Source: Thermotogota bacterium (lineage in GTDB: Bacteria; Bipolaricaulota; Bipolaricaulia; UBA7950; UBA9294). Taken from it: a stretch of DNA of 38,511 bases. Positions 17,105-26,278 of the stretch are shown here, in pieces; the first letter of the stretch is position 1; every line of letters begins with the position of its first letter. Below the pieces are notes generated by a model. The model saw only the letters and a list, made by a program, of their open reading frames with translations. It did no database searches and was not told where the DNA came from. Where the stretch lies: NCBI GenBank assembly GCA_039679545.1, contig JBDKUT010000155.1, forward strand, positions 1-38,511, written 5' to 3'. The position numbers were made by a program, and so were the translations under genes.

Positions 17105-17605
17105 CTACGGCTTCGGGGTCGTCGTCGCGGGTGCGGTCGTCGTAGTGGCGGCCGGTGCCGCGGGCGTCGTCGACGGTGACTGGGTCACGGTCGGAGACGT
17201 CGTTGCCGGAGTCGTAGTGGCCGGAGCCGTCGTGGTCGTTGCCGGAGTCGTGGTGGCTGGGGCCGTGGTGGTTGCCGGGGTGGTGGTGGCCGGCTTCGTC
17301 GTGGTGGCCGGGGCCGTGGTCGTTGCCGGGGTGGTGGTGGTGGTGGCCGGCTTCGTCGTGGTGGTTGGGGCCGTGGTGGTGGCCGGCTTCGTTGTGGTGG
17401 CCGGGGCCGTGGTGGCTGCCGGCTTCGTCGTGGTGGCCGGAGTCGCCGTGGTGGTTGCCGGCTTTGTCGTCGACGTGGTCGACGTCGCTGCCGGCTTTGT
17501 CGTCGATGTCGTCGAAGCCTTCTCGCCGCATCCCGCCAACATTAAGACCAGTGCAAGGCTAACTAGTGCGCAGAGCGCGATTGAGTAAGAAGCAACTCGC
17601 TTCAT
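17105..17605 (-). CDS. Thr/Pro/Ala-rich tandem-repeat lipoprotein (mucin-like)
   Basis: Signal peptide with lipobox LAGC; AAGGAG RBS; the mature part is almost only (K/A/T)PATTT repeats. Confidence 0.8.
   Translation of the reverse strand: MKRVASYSIALCALVSLALVLMLAGCGEKASTTSTTKPAATSTTSTTKPATTTATPATTTKPAATTAPATTTKPATTTAPTTTTKPATTTTTPATTTAPATTTKPATTTPATTTAPATTTPATTTTAPATTTPATTSPTVTQSPSTTPAAPAATTTTAPATTTPKP
17108..17515. repeat. Imperfect coding tandem repeats (about 18-nt units encoding xPATTT)
   Basis: Recurrent gccggcttcgtcgtggtg / gccggggccgtggtggtg / gccggagtcgtggtg units. Confidence 0.85.
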
Positions 17606-17698
17606 TGTGTTCGTCTCCTTCCCTCGGCCTGCCGTCCCGCGCCCAGAGCCGAGGGTCTCCGAAAGCGCGGACCCGGAGAGTAATCCAAGTCACATATG

Positions 17699-17726
17699 AG
17701 CCTATCACGTCTTTCGCTTCTGTCAA
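17699..17726 (-). promoter_or_regulatory. Sigma70-like promoter upstream of the Thr-rich lipoprotein
   Basis: Consensus TTGACA-16 nt-TAGGCT with TG just upstream of the -10. Confidence 0.6.
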
Positions 17727-17946
17727 GTTTCACGCTCTCCGCCTCGAGTGCTCCGGAGGTCGATTGGCTCGAGGTTTCTCCGACGCGCAGTTGGAGGCGG
17801 CGCGCCGAAGGCCGCAGTAGAAGAGCTTCCACGCCTTGCTTCCAGTGGGAGTGCTTCCCGACGCGGTCCCACGCTCAGAGGATGGCATGGAGGGCCATCG
17901 GGGGAGTTGGAGTGGGAGTAATGGGCTTTGCGCCGTTGCCTACCGT

Positions 17947-19815
17947 TCAAGGTGCGCCGACGAGCTGCTCCGCGATCCAGTCGTCGACGCGCCGATCCAG
18001 GAGCAAAAGCGGCATCGGCCCGGCCTCGAGAACGACGCGGTGGAACTCTTGGAAGTTGAACGCGTCGCCCAGCTGGCCCATCGCGCGCTGCCGCGCGTCG
18101 CGGATCGTCCACATCCCCAGCGTGTAGCCGCACGATTGGCCGGGTTGGGTGAAGTAGCGAAGCGCGGCGCTCGGGCGTGGAGGGGATCCGGTGACCGTCT
18201 CGAGGTAGTCCGCCGCGTCCTCCCACGTCCATCCGTAGGCGTGAATTCCCGTGTCGACGGCGCTGCGGGCCGTTCGCTGGAGCTCGAGGCGCAGGCGGCA
18301 CAGGTTCCCGAGTGGATCGTCGTCGTAGAGCCCCATCTCCGCCGCGAGTCCTTCCCCGTAGAGGGCCCACCCCTCGACGTAGGGCTGGAACGAAGGATGC
18401 CAATCGTAGACGCTCGTGATGGTGTCCCGTTGGACGTTGACGAGCCCCAGTTCTTGGGCCAGGGCGATCTGGAGGTGGTGCCCTGGAACGGTCTCATGGT
18501 GCATGAGGACCGGCTCGTCGTACGCGGTGTACGGGACCGCGCTCACGAGGTTTGTAAGCATGCGCCCGGGCTTCGAGCCATCGAGTGCCGGCGCGACGTA
18601 GCAGGCGAACGTCGTGTTCGGGTCCACCTCGATCGCTAGTCCAGCTTTCGGCAGACGCGCGAAGTACGCCGGGAGGGCCGCCGTCGCGCGATCGATCAGA
18701 CGCTGGTACTCGGGGAGCAGCGCATCCCCCTCGATCGGCGTGTTGGCCTCGGTGATCCGCTGGTCCAATTCGGCCGCCGTCAAGTTCTCCGGCCATCCCA
18801 GGCGGGCGGCGCAAGTCCGCATTTCTTCGAGAATCCGAACGACCTCGGCGCACGCGCGCTCGTGGATCCTCGCCGGCGACCAGTCGCTCGTTGTGTGGTG
18901 ATGGAGCGAGGCGGCGTAGAACGCTTCACCCTCTCGGAGCCGCTTGGCGGTCAAGGTGTCATCGGCGCGGGTCTGCAGCTCGATCAGACAGGCTTCGAGG
19001 CGGTCGAGGGCCGGAATGACCACTCGAGCGACGTCACTCTCGGCGGTGGCGACCCAGCGCTCGACCTCCGGCTTGGTGAATCCGCTTTCCTCCAGCCGAT
19101 CGCGGAACGACTCACACAGCGGCGAGAGCGTGGCCTGACGCACACCGGTGTCGTCCGCCGGCACGAACTGATCGATCGCCCCGAGCGCTTGTCGGAGGAG
19201 GACCCGCGGCGGGAGAGCCCCCGCTTCCTCGCGGAGGCGGAACCCCTCGAGGACCTGGTCCATCCACGTGCCGAACGTGGAGAGCCGCTCGGCGTATGCC
19301 TCCGCGTCCGCGGCGTTCTCGATCGGGAACGAGATGAGGAAGTCGAGGACGGCGCTCTGGAGATCGTAAGGGTTGTTGCAGTAGTCGACGTTCGCGAAGT
19401 CGTGCCAACGCACACGATCGGCGAGGTACCACTCGTAGACGTCGTACGTGCTGCGTTCCTCAGGAGAGAGAGCTTCGCGATCGCGGCGATGAAGCATCCC
19501 GAGCGTCCTCTCCTCGAGCGCGTAGGTCTCCTCAAGGTAGTCGGGCGAGCGATCGCTCCATCGTCCGCGTTCCTCGACGCCGTAGACCTGCGAGAGTTCG
19601 TTCGAGATCAGGGTGTCCGGATCCCGTAGTTCAAGCCTCCGGTACGACTCCTCGACGAACGCGCGGAACGGAAGCTCCGCGAGACCGCGAAGCGGGTCGA
19701 CTTCTGCAGGAGCCGGCTCGTCGTTGCGCACGCTATCAAGAAGGGGCGGCACAGCGAAGAGCAGACCGAGAAGGGCAAGGCCGACCACGAGAATCCATCG
19801 AAACGGCATCGGCAA
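17947..19815 (-). CDS. DUF885 family protein (putative metallopeptidase-like, exported or membrane-anchored)
   Basis: N-terminal hydrophobic helix; motifs HHETVPGHHLQ, YVEGWALYGE, VDTGIH..GWT, PGQSCGYTLG, FHRVVLEAGPMPL. Confidence 0.9.
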   Translation of the reverse strand: MPMPFRWILVVGLALLGLLFAVPPLLDSVRNDEPAPAEVDPLRGLAELPFRAFVEESYRRLELRDPDTLISNELSQVYGVEERGRWSDRSPDYLEETYALEERTLGMLHRRDREALSPEERSTYDVYEWYLADRVRWHDFANVDYCNNPYDLQSAVLDFLISFPIENAADAEAYAERLSTFGTWMDQVLEGFRLREEAGALPPRVLLRQALGAIDQFVPADDTGVRQATLSPLCESFRDRLEESGFTKPEVERWVATAESDVARVVIPALDRLEACLIELQTRADDTLTAKRLREGEAFYAASLHHHTTSDWSPARIHERACAEVVRILEEMRTCAARLGWPENLTAAELDQRITEANTPIEGDALLPEYQRLIDRATAALPAYFARLPKAGLAIEVDPNTTFACYVAPALDGSKPGRMLTNLVSAVPYTAYDEPVLMHHETVPGHHLQIALAQELGLVNVQRDTITSVYDWHPSFQPYVEGWALYGEGLAAEMGLYDDDPLGNLCRLRLELQRTARSAVDTGIHAYGWTWEDAADYLETVTGSPPRPSAALRYFTQPGQSCGYTLGMWTIRDARQRAMGQLGDAFNFQEFHRVVLEAGPMPLLLLDRRVDDWIAEQLVGAP

Positions 19816-19907
19816 CCTCCGTCTTGCCTGGAGCGCGCGCCGTCCCCGCTGCAGGGCTCCAGGGATGGCTCAGATTCTAGGGGAACTGGGCGCAGGCCGC
19901 CCACTCG

Positions 19908-20456
19908 CTAGAGAGGAGCCAGCAGGTCGGAGAGCGCAGTCGCTTCCGCGCGCAGAATGGAGTACATCCGCAAGTCGTGGAACGTGCCGCGATCGAAGTG
20001 CGCGCGGCGAAGCGTCCCCTCGAACGTGAACCCCGACCGCTCGAGGAGCCTGCACGACGCCGTGTTCTCGGAGTGGGCAAGCGCCTGGATTCGCTCGATC
20101 GGCTTCGCTTCGAACAAGTACGCGACGAAGAGGGGGACGGCTTCGCCCATGAATCCCCGCCCGCGATGTTCGGGGCGGAAGATCCGGTATCCGATCTCAA
20201 GGCCCTGGTAGCTGTGCGAGGACTTGTAGTAGTTGACGTACCCGAGGCGATTCCCCGCGTGATCGGTGACAAGGAGGCGTCCGTAGTCCTCCGTCCACCA
20301 ACCGTTCTCGCGAAACCGCTTGAGCCACTCCGACTCCGAGCCGATTCCGAGCGGCCAATGATCCCCGATGGTTCGGACGTCGGCGATCAGATCGTAGAGG
20401 CCTTCCAGATCGGGCTCTCGGAATGTCCTCAGGAGGATCGAAGACCCGGTGAGCAC
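19908..20456 (-). CDS. GNAT N-acetyltransferase, RimJ/RimL type
   Basis: Motifs: EIGYRI..RGRGFMGEA, ENTASCRLLERSGFTFEGTLR. Confidence 0.9.
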   Translation of the reverse strand: MLTGSSILLRTFREPDLEGLYDLIADVRTIGDHWPLGIGSESEWLKRFRENGWWTEDYGRLLVTDHAGNRLGYVNYYKSSHSYQGLEIGYRIFRPEHRGRGFMGEAVPLFVAYLFEAKPIERIQALAHSENTASCRLLERSGFTFEGTLRRAHFDRGTFHDLRMYSILRAEATALSDLLAPL

Positions 20457-20562
20457 ACTTTCTCCTTTGCTCGGGTGAGACGGATGCGCCGCCGCGCTTG
20501 AGTTCGCATCGTATCCACGTCTCGTTCTCTGTGCGAGCTGGGAATGAGCGCGACGGCCTTCT

Positions 20563-21456
20563 CTAGGGCCAAAGGACCCGGTCGAAGAACGCCTTCACAA
20601 GACCGTCGACGAAGGGCGGAAAGCCGCCATGGGCGCCACGGCCGACCAGGTAGAGGCTCGCATCGACGCCGGCGGCGGCGAGGGCTTGATGGAAGACCAC
20701 CGACTGGTCGTACGGGACAACTTCGTCCGCGTCGCCGTGCAGGATCAGGAATGGTGGGTCGGTCTCGTCGATGTGGGTGATGGGACTTGCGAGGCGCGCG
20801 AGCTCCGCGTGCTCGTCGCGAGGCCCGCCGAGCAGGCGGCCGACGGGCGAGTACGCGGCACCGACATCGATGTCCCCGGTGGGGTCGACGAGAGTTAAAA
20901 GGTCGATCGGTCCGAAGGAATCGCAAACTGCCTGGACCCTACTCGAAACGCCGAGACAGTCACCGACGGTTCCCTCGAGTTCCGCGACTCCGCCCGAGGT
21001 GCCGAGGAGGGCGGCCAAGTGCCCGCCGGCCGACACGCCCCACGCCCCGATTCGGTCGGGGTCGATGCCGTAGGTTGCGGCGTGGGCTCGGAGCCAGCGG
21101 ACCGCCGCCTTGCAGTCGTGGATCTGTGCCGGGAACGGAGCCTGCTGAGCCAGCCGGTAGTTCACACTGGCCACCGCGTACTGCGGCCCGAGAACTGCCG
21201 GCGCGTGCGTGGAGTCCTTGTCTCCGCTGATCCACGCGCCCCCGTGGATGTAGACGACGAGGGGCATGGGCTTCGCGGGCGGGGTGCCGGGGAGAACGAG
21301 ATCGAGCTTGAGCGAGAAGCCGTCGACAACCGCGTATTCGATGTCCCGCAGCGTCTCTCCGAAGCAAGTCGACGCAATCCCAGTCGCAGTGAGCGCGAAG
21401 AGAACCCCGATCATCACGAGCGTCTTCTGTGGACTGAGCCCATCATACCGCCTCAT
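20563..21456 (-). CDS. Alpha/beta hydrolase (HSL-like / BD-FAE-type esterase), probably exported
   Basis: Motifs: YIHGGAW, VNYRL, nucleophile GVSAGG, HGDADEVVP, GAHG. AAGGAGG precedes the ATG at 21456. Confidence 0.92.
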   Translation of the reverse strand: MRRYDGLSPQKTLVMIGVLFALTATGIASTCFGETLRDIEYAVVDGFSLKLDLVLPGTPPAKPMPLVVYIHGGAWISGDKDSTHAPAVLGPQYAVASVNYRLAQQAPFPAQIHDCKAAVRWLRAHAATYGIDPDRIGAWGVSAGGHLAALLGTSGGVAELEGTVGDCLGVSSRVQAVCDSFGPIDLLTLVDPTGDIDVGAAYSPVGRLLGGPRDEHAELARLASPITHIDETDPPFLILHGDADEVVPYDQSVVFHQALAAAGVDASLYLVGRGAHGGFPPFVDGLVKAFFDRVLWP

Positions 21457-21609
21457 GGCCTTCCTCCTTGGCTGCGTGGGCGCCACCCTGGCGGCGCCCA
21501 CAGTGCTCGAGAATACCGGAGCTGCCGCGGCGAGTTCCAGCAAGACTCGAGTGTGCCCGAGCGCGAGAAGAGATGGGAGGATACGATCTCTCCTCCACCG
21601 AGGAGGGTC

Positions 21610-22608
21610 ATGAAGCTTCGTATTGTCCGACTGGGGAAGGAGCATGTCGAAGAGGCCGCAGGGCTCGTAGGTCGACGCTGCGCCGCGCTGCGTGCGAAGG
21701 TTCCGTCCCTTCCTCCGGCGTACGACAATCCGGCGATGTTCTCCAGCCGGCTCCTACGGCTGGTCGACCGCGGTGCCGGAGTTGCGGCCTTCGAGGGCGA
21801 GCGCATGGTTGGGCTCCTCGGTGCGTACTCCATCGGCACGCTCTACGGGCGTCCGTGCATGCTCTCTCCGGAATGGGGGAATGGCGCGGAGCCGACGGTG
21901 GCCCGGCGCGCCGTGGAGGCAATGTACCGGGAGGCCGCGCCGGAGTGGCTACGCCAGGGAGGCGAGATCCACGCGATCTGCGCGCTGGCCCACGATGCCG
22001 CCGCCCTCGAGGCGTGGGCGTGGGGCGGGTTCGGTCGTATGGTCTGCGATGCCGTGCGTCCTCTCGAGCCGATCTCCGTCACCCACGGTGACTTCGAGAT
22101 CCGGCGCGCGGTGCCGGACGACGTTGATCTGGTTCTACCGTTGGCTCGCGGGCTTCAGGAGCACCTTGCCGGTCCGTCGATCTACATCCTCGATCGGGAG
22201 CCCGAGGACCGCGCGACGTGGGAGGCCACGTTGCACGATCCGACGATGGGGATCTGGCTCGCTGTGCGCGACGGGTCTGCGCTCGGGTACATTCGCCAGG
22301 GGCCGGCAACTCGCGACGCCTGTGCGGTCATCGTCGATGACGGGACGACGAGCATCACCGGCGCATACGTCGAGCCGACCGCGCGGGGAGCGGGCGTCGC
22401 CACGGCGCTCTTGGCGCGCGCCGTAGACTGGGGACGCGAACAAAGCTACGTGCGCTGCTCCGTGGACTTCGAGACGGCGAACAGCCTGGCCGCCCGGTTC
22501 TGGATGCAGCACTTCGACCCAGTCGTCGTTTCGCTTGGCCGAATCCTCGATCCGCGGCTCGTAGGAGCACAATCGGTCGAGCCCGCACGTCACGAGTCTG
22601 GCGCCTAG
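21610..22608 (+). CDS. GNAT acetyltransferase (probably tandem domains)
   Basis: C-terminal motif A YVEPTARGAGVATALL and VDFETANSLAARFW. GAGGAGG precedes the ATG at 21610. Confidence 0.85.
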   Translation: MKLRIVRLGKEHVEEAAGLVGRRCAALRAKVPSLPPAYDNPAMFSSRLLRLVDRGAGVAAFEGERMVGLLGAYSIGTLYGRPCMLSPEWGNGAEPTVARRAVEAMYREAAPEWLRQGGEIHAICALAHDAAALEAWAWGGFGRMVCDAVRPLEPISVTHGDFEIRRAVPDDVDLVLPLARGLQEHLAGPSIYILDREPEDRATWEATLHDPTMGIWLAVRDGSALGYIRQGPATRDACAVIVDDGTTSITGAYVEPTARGAGVATALLARAVDWGREQSYVRCSVDFETANSLAARFWMQHFDPVVVSLGRILDPRLVGAQSVEPARHESGA

Positions 22609-23243
22609 GAGCCCTTGTCCAGTGGAACGGGGTAGCTTCCCGAGCACTCGGTCACGTAGGCCGTCACGGAGGCGTGAACGGAGGCAACGACGTCCGGGTA
22701 CGATGGCCCTTCCACCGTGAACCGAACGTGCTCACCGGCATCGACTTCGGTCACGTCGGTGGTCCCCTCGCCGATTCTCACCCCATCGGCATCGTAGAAC
22801 TTGACCTTGATCGTGACCGAAAGAAGCAAGGAGTCGGACCGATTCTCGACCTCTCCCACGGCACGCCACGGAGACCCGGAGACGATCGAGACGTCGTCGA
22901 TCACGGCCGGATACTCAACGTCAAGGCTCTGCTCCGTGCTCGCCGTGAGCCCGCGGTCGTCAGTCACCGTGAGCCGGACCGTGTACGTCCCTTCTTCCGC
23001 GTAGAGGTGGCTGACCCATCCGCCGTAGTCATCGACCGTCTGACCGTCGCCGAAGTCCCACGAGTATAGGGTGATCCAGTGACTGTCGATCGTGGAAGAT
23101 GTCGAGCCGAACTGCATCTCGAGCAATCCCTGCCACCCGTTGAGACACGTCGTGAACCCCGCGATTGGAGGAACCACCGGTCCGAAACAACCGCCGACCC
23201 CGACAAGGGCGACCGCCACGACAAGCACCGCAAGACGTCTCAT
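22605..23243 (-). CDS. PKD-domain plus FxLYD-domain lipoprotein
   Basis: Lipobox-like VGGC; PKD motifs YSWDFGDG and HLYAEEGTYTVRLTVTDDRG; FxLYD-type GEVENRS..VKFYDADG. Confidence 0.82.
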   Translation of the reverse strand: MRRLAVLVVAVALVGVGGCFGPVVPPIAGFTTCLNGWQGLLEMQFGSTSSTIDSHWITLYSWDFGDGQTVDDYGGWVSHLYAEEGTYTVRLTVTDDRGLTASTEQSLDVEYPAVIDDVSIVSGSPWRAVGEVENRSDSLLLSVTIKVKFYDADGVRIGEGTTDVTEVDAGEHVRFTVEGPSYPDVVASVHASVTAYVTECSGSYPVPLDKGS

Positions 23244-23269
23244 CGCTTCTCCCCTCCCGCTCCCTGATT

Positions 23270-23896
23270 CTAGCGTTCTGAGGAGGCGCGAGGACAACTC
23301 TCGCGAGCCTCGTCGGGGCGAAGACCCTTTCCGACCTCGTACGCGTGGCCGATCCGCTGGCCGAGCGTCCAGTAACTGTGGACCTGCTTCCCTTGACTTG
23401 GATCAGGCGCGTAGAAGATCGGCTCGATACGGGCGACGTCCATGATTCCGTTCGTCATGCAGTCTTCACTCACGTGCACGGCGACGACCTCGCCCAGGAA
23501 CACCGTGTGCACGGGGCGAATCAGGGTCTGCACCACTCGGCATTCGATGTTGACGGGGCACTCGGCGATCATCGGCGCGGTCTTCGTCTCGCCGTAGAAC
23601 GTTTCGAAGAGAGACGCCTTGTCGACGGTCCGGCCGCTCGCCATCCCACAGAAGTCGAGCTCACGCACGAGCTTGGCTCCCGGTTGGTTCACGCTGAAGG
23701 TCCGGTTCTCCTCGAACCCTCGGCGCGAGTACTGCTGGTGCCCCACCGAGACCGCCATGATGTCATAGCACAACCAGCCGATGAGGCCGATCGCGATGTA
23801 ATTCGGCTTCTCGTCGACGTTCACCCCGACGAGGGTAGGAAGGTAGGGAAAGACGAGGTTCTTCATCACCTTGAGATCCAGTTTGCGCTTCGCCAT
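23270..23896 (-). CDS. Flavin reductase family (flavoredoxin-like) protein
   Basis: Motifs: KPNYIAIG, FSVNQP, DFCGMASGRTVDK, APMIAECPVNIECRV, HTVFLGEV. Confidence 0.9.
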   Translation of the reverse strand: MAKRKLDLKVMKNLVFPYLPTLVGVNVDEKPNYIAIGLIGWLCYDIMAVSVGHQQYSRRGFEENRTFSVNQPGAKLVRELDFCGMASGRTVDKASLFETFYGETKTAPMIAECPVNIECRVVQTLIRPVHTVFLGEVVAVHVSEDCMTNGIMDVARIEPIFYAPDPSQGKQVHSYWTLGQRIGHAYEVGKGLRPDEARESCPRASSER

Positions 23897-24090
23897 GGAG
23901 CACCTCCGTTCGGATCATACGCCGAGCAGTTTCGCCATCGTCTCCACCCCGGCGGAAGACGGACCAGACACGTGAGCCCTTGCGGGGTGTCGCGCTTCGC
24001 CGCGCAGAGGTTCGAGATGGCCGACCTGAAGGGCGCAGCTCGGGTACGCTTCAGGGAGACAGGATGTGACAGTTGCGTCAGGGAGGCGAA

Positions 24091-24636
24091 ATGCGCATCT
24101 GCCGTGCCCAGCGAGAGGATTTGATGCCGTGGCTCGACCTTACCGCCGAGGTCGAGCCGCTGTTTGGGCCGATGGTCGATGACCCAGTCTTCCGGAGGGC
24201 GCTGTCGCGCAACATCTCCCGGGGCACCGCCTACTGCATCCGCGAGGAGGATGGGCCCGCCGGTTCTCGGCTTCTCGCCGGTCTTCTTCTCTCGCCGCGA
24301 CCACCCGTATACCGGATCGGTTGGCTGGTCGTTGCGAAATCGCACCGGCGAAACGGACTTGGCACGGCGCTCGTTGAGCACGTCGCCCGCGAGATCTCTT
24401 CTCCTGCAGAGCTTGTTGTGATCACCTTCGGACCCGGAGTCCGTGGCGGCGAACCGGCGCGTCGGTTCTACGTGCGGACGGGGTTCGCTCCCGCGGAGAC
24501 GGTCGAGCCTGGGCCGAGCGGTACTCCTCGCCAAGCGTTTCGTCGTCAGATCGAAGGTGAGGCCAGCAGCGCACAAGCGCTGGCCGTGGGTGCGCGGGAC
24601 GAGTCACCCGCTGACCGACGGGCGCTTCGGACCTAG
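24091..24636 (+). CDS. GNAT N-acetyltransferase
   Basis: Motifs: IGWLVV..HRRNGLGTALV, ARRFYVRTGF. GGGAGG precedes the ATG at 24091. Confidence 0.85.
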   Translation: MRICRAQREDLMPWLDLTAEVEPLFGPMVDDPVFRRALSRNISRGTAYCIREEDGPAGSRLLAGLLLSPRPPVYRIGWLVVAKSHRRNGLGTALVEHVAREISSPAELVVITFGPGVRGGEPARRFYVRTGFAPAETVEPGPSGTPRQAFRRQIEGEASSAQALAVGARDESPADRRALRT

Positions 24637-24728
24637 AACCCGCTGACCCGCCAGCGTCCATCTTCTCTTCCAGCTTGCCGTTCGCCGTGGCACCCGCTAG
24701 GCTGGCAGGTCGCGACGAGGAGGGACAC

Positions 24729-26270
24729 ATGGCCGAAGGAGACCAGCGCAGGCAGTCGGTTGCCATCATTGGAGGGGGAATTGCGGGACTCTCCGCCGGG
24801 TGCTACGCACGAATGAACGGATACGGGGCGACCATTTTCGAGATGCACAACCTGCCCGGCGGCGTGTGCACGGCTTGGCAGCGCAAGGGATACACGATCG
24901 ACAGCTGCATCCACTGGCTTGTTGGATCGGGTCCCGGATCCGGATACCACAGGCTTTGGAACGAGGTCGGCGCGCTGCGAGGGTTGACGGTCGTGGATCT
25001 TGACGAGTTCATGCGCGTCGAGTGCGAAGGTGGCCGCGCGCTCGTCTTCTACCGCGACGTTGAGCGATTCGAGAAGCACTTGCTCGAACTCGCTCCGGAA
25101 GACGGGAAACCGATTCGCGAGTTGACTCGCACGATCCGAAAGTTTGTCCACATGGACATCCCTGTGGGCAAGGCCGCCGAGCTTGCCACCTGGGGAGACA
25201 AACTCTCGATGATGGCGGGAATGCTCCCTTACGGCGCAGACTTCGCGAAATGGCGGAAGGTGACCGTGACGAGCTTCGCCAAGCGGTTCAAGAGCCCCAT
25301 CGTGCGCCGCGCATTGGAGTCGATGGCGAGTGAGGCACAGGATTTCCCGATGCTCGGCGTCATCATGCCGCTTGCGTGGCAGTACGCGAAGACCGCGGGG
25401 TATCCGCTCGGCGGCTCGCTGCCGTTTGCGCGCAACATCGAGCGGCGCTTCCTCGACCTTGGCGGCCAGATCCGCTACTCCGCACGCGTGAAAGAGATCC
25501 TTGTCGAGCCTGACTCGGCCGGGGAGCACCGGGCGGTTGGCGTGCGCCTCGCGGACGGGAGCGAGTACCGCGCCGATGTCGTCATCTCCGCTGCCGACGG
25601 CCGCACGACGATCTTTGACCTGCTCGGCGGCCGCTTCGTCAACGAAGAGATTCGCAAGCCGTACGAAGGGGGGATGAAGCCGTTCCCACCGCTTCTGTAC
25701 GTGAGCCTTGGGGTCGCCGACCCGCTCGACGGGGTTCCGCAGGTCTCGTCAGGGATCAGCTTCCCGCTCGAGCCCAAGGTCGAGATCGACGGCAAGGCGC
25801 GCGATCGCCTGTCCATGAACGTCTACAACTTCGATCGCTCGCTGGCCCCGGCGGGCAAGACCGTCGTCATCATCATGATTGGCGCGGACTACGATCGCTG
25901 GAAGGCGCTGTCATCCGATCCCGCTCGCTATCGCGCCGAGAAGGACCTTGTCGGTCAACGTGTCGTGGACGCGCTCGAACAGCGGCTGCCGGGAATCCGA
26001 GGCAAGATCGAGATGATTGACGTCGCCACGCCGACGACATGGGAGCGCTACACCGGGAACTGGCGCGGCAGCTACGAAGGATGGCTGATGACCGCCGCGT
26101 CCTTCGGGTCGAGCATGAAGAAGACCCTGCCGGGCCTGAAGGACTTCCGCATGGTCGGGCAGTGGGTCGCCCCGGGAGGCGGGCTGCCGCCCGCGGTGTC
26201 TACCGGGCGCGATGCAATCCAGATCCTCTGCAAGGAGGACGGAAAGCGATTCGTCACGTCCGAACCCTAG
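24729..26270 (+). CDS. FAD-dependent oxidoreductase, phytoene dehydrogenase-like (COG1233-type)
   Basis: Rossmann IIGGGIAGL..FE; motifs PGGVCTAWQRKGYTID, YPLGGS, DVATPTTWERYTGN, GQWVAPGGGLP. Confidence 0.88.
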   Translation: MAEGDQRRQSVAIIGGGIAGLSAGCYARMNGYGATIFEMHNLPGGVCTAWQRKGYTIDSCIHWLVGSGPGSGYHRLWNEVGALRGLTVVDLDEFMRVECEGGRALVFYRDVERFEKHLLELAPEDGKPIRELTRTIRKFVHMDIPVGKAAELATWGDKLSMMAGMLPYGADFAKWRKVTVTSFAKRFKSPIVRRALESMASEAQDFPMLGVIMPLAWQYAKTAGYPLGGSLPFARNIERRFLDLGGQIRYSARVKEILVEPDSAGEHRAVGVRLADGSEYRADVVISAADGRTTIFDLLGGRFVNEEIRKPYEGGMKPFPPLLYVSLGVADPLDGVPQVSSGISFPLEPKVEIDGKARDRLSMNVYNFDRSLAPAGKTVVIIMIGADYDRWKALSSDPARYRAEKDLVGQRVVDALEQRLPGIRGKIEMIDVATPTTWERYTGNWRGSYEGWLMTAASFGSSMKKTLPGLKDFRMVGQWVAPGGGLPPAVSTGRDAIQILCKEDGKRFVTSEP

Positions 26271-26278
26271 GCGGAGGC

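Noticed and set aside
17108..17515. Possible CRISPR array
   Set aside because: The repeats are contiguous, degenerate, in frame and have no unique spacers; no cas genes are present
17034..17588. His-rich (17034-17531, minus) and Val-rich (17055-17588, plus) ORFs
   Set aside because: These are alternative-frame shadows of the PATTT repeat; only the 17105-17605 frame has an RBS, signal peptide and lipobox
24729..26270. Calling this gene crtI (carotenoid synthesis)
   Set aside because: Only family-level motifs are present, and there is no crtB/crtE or other carotenoid gene in the window
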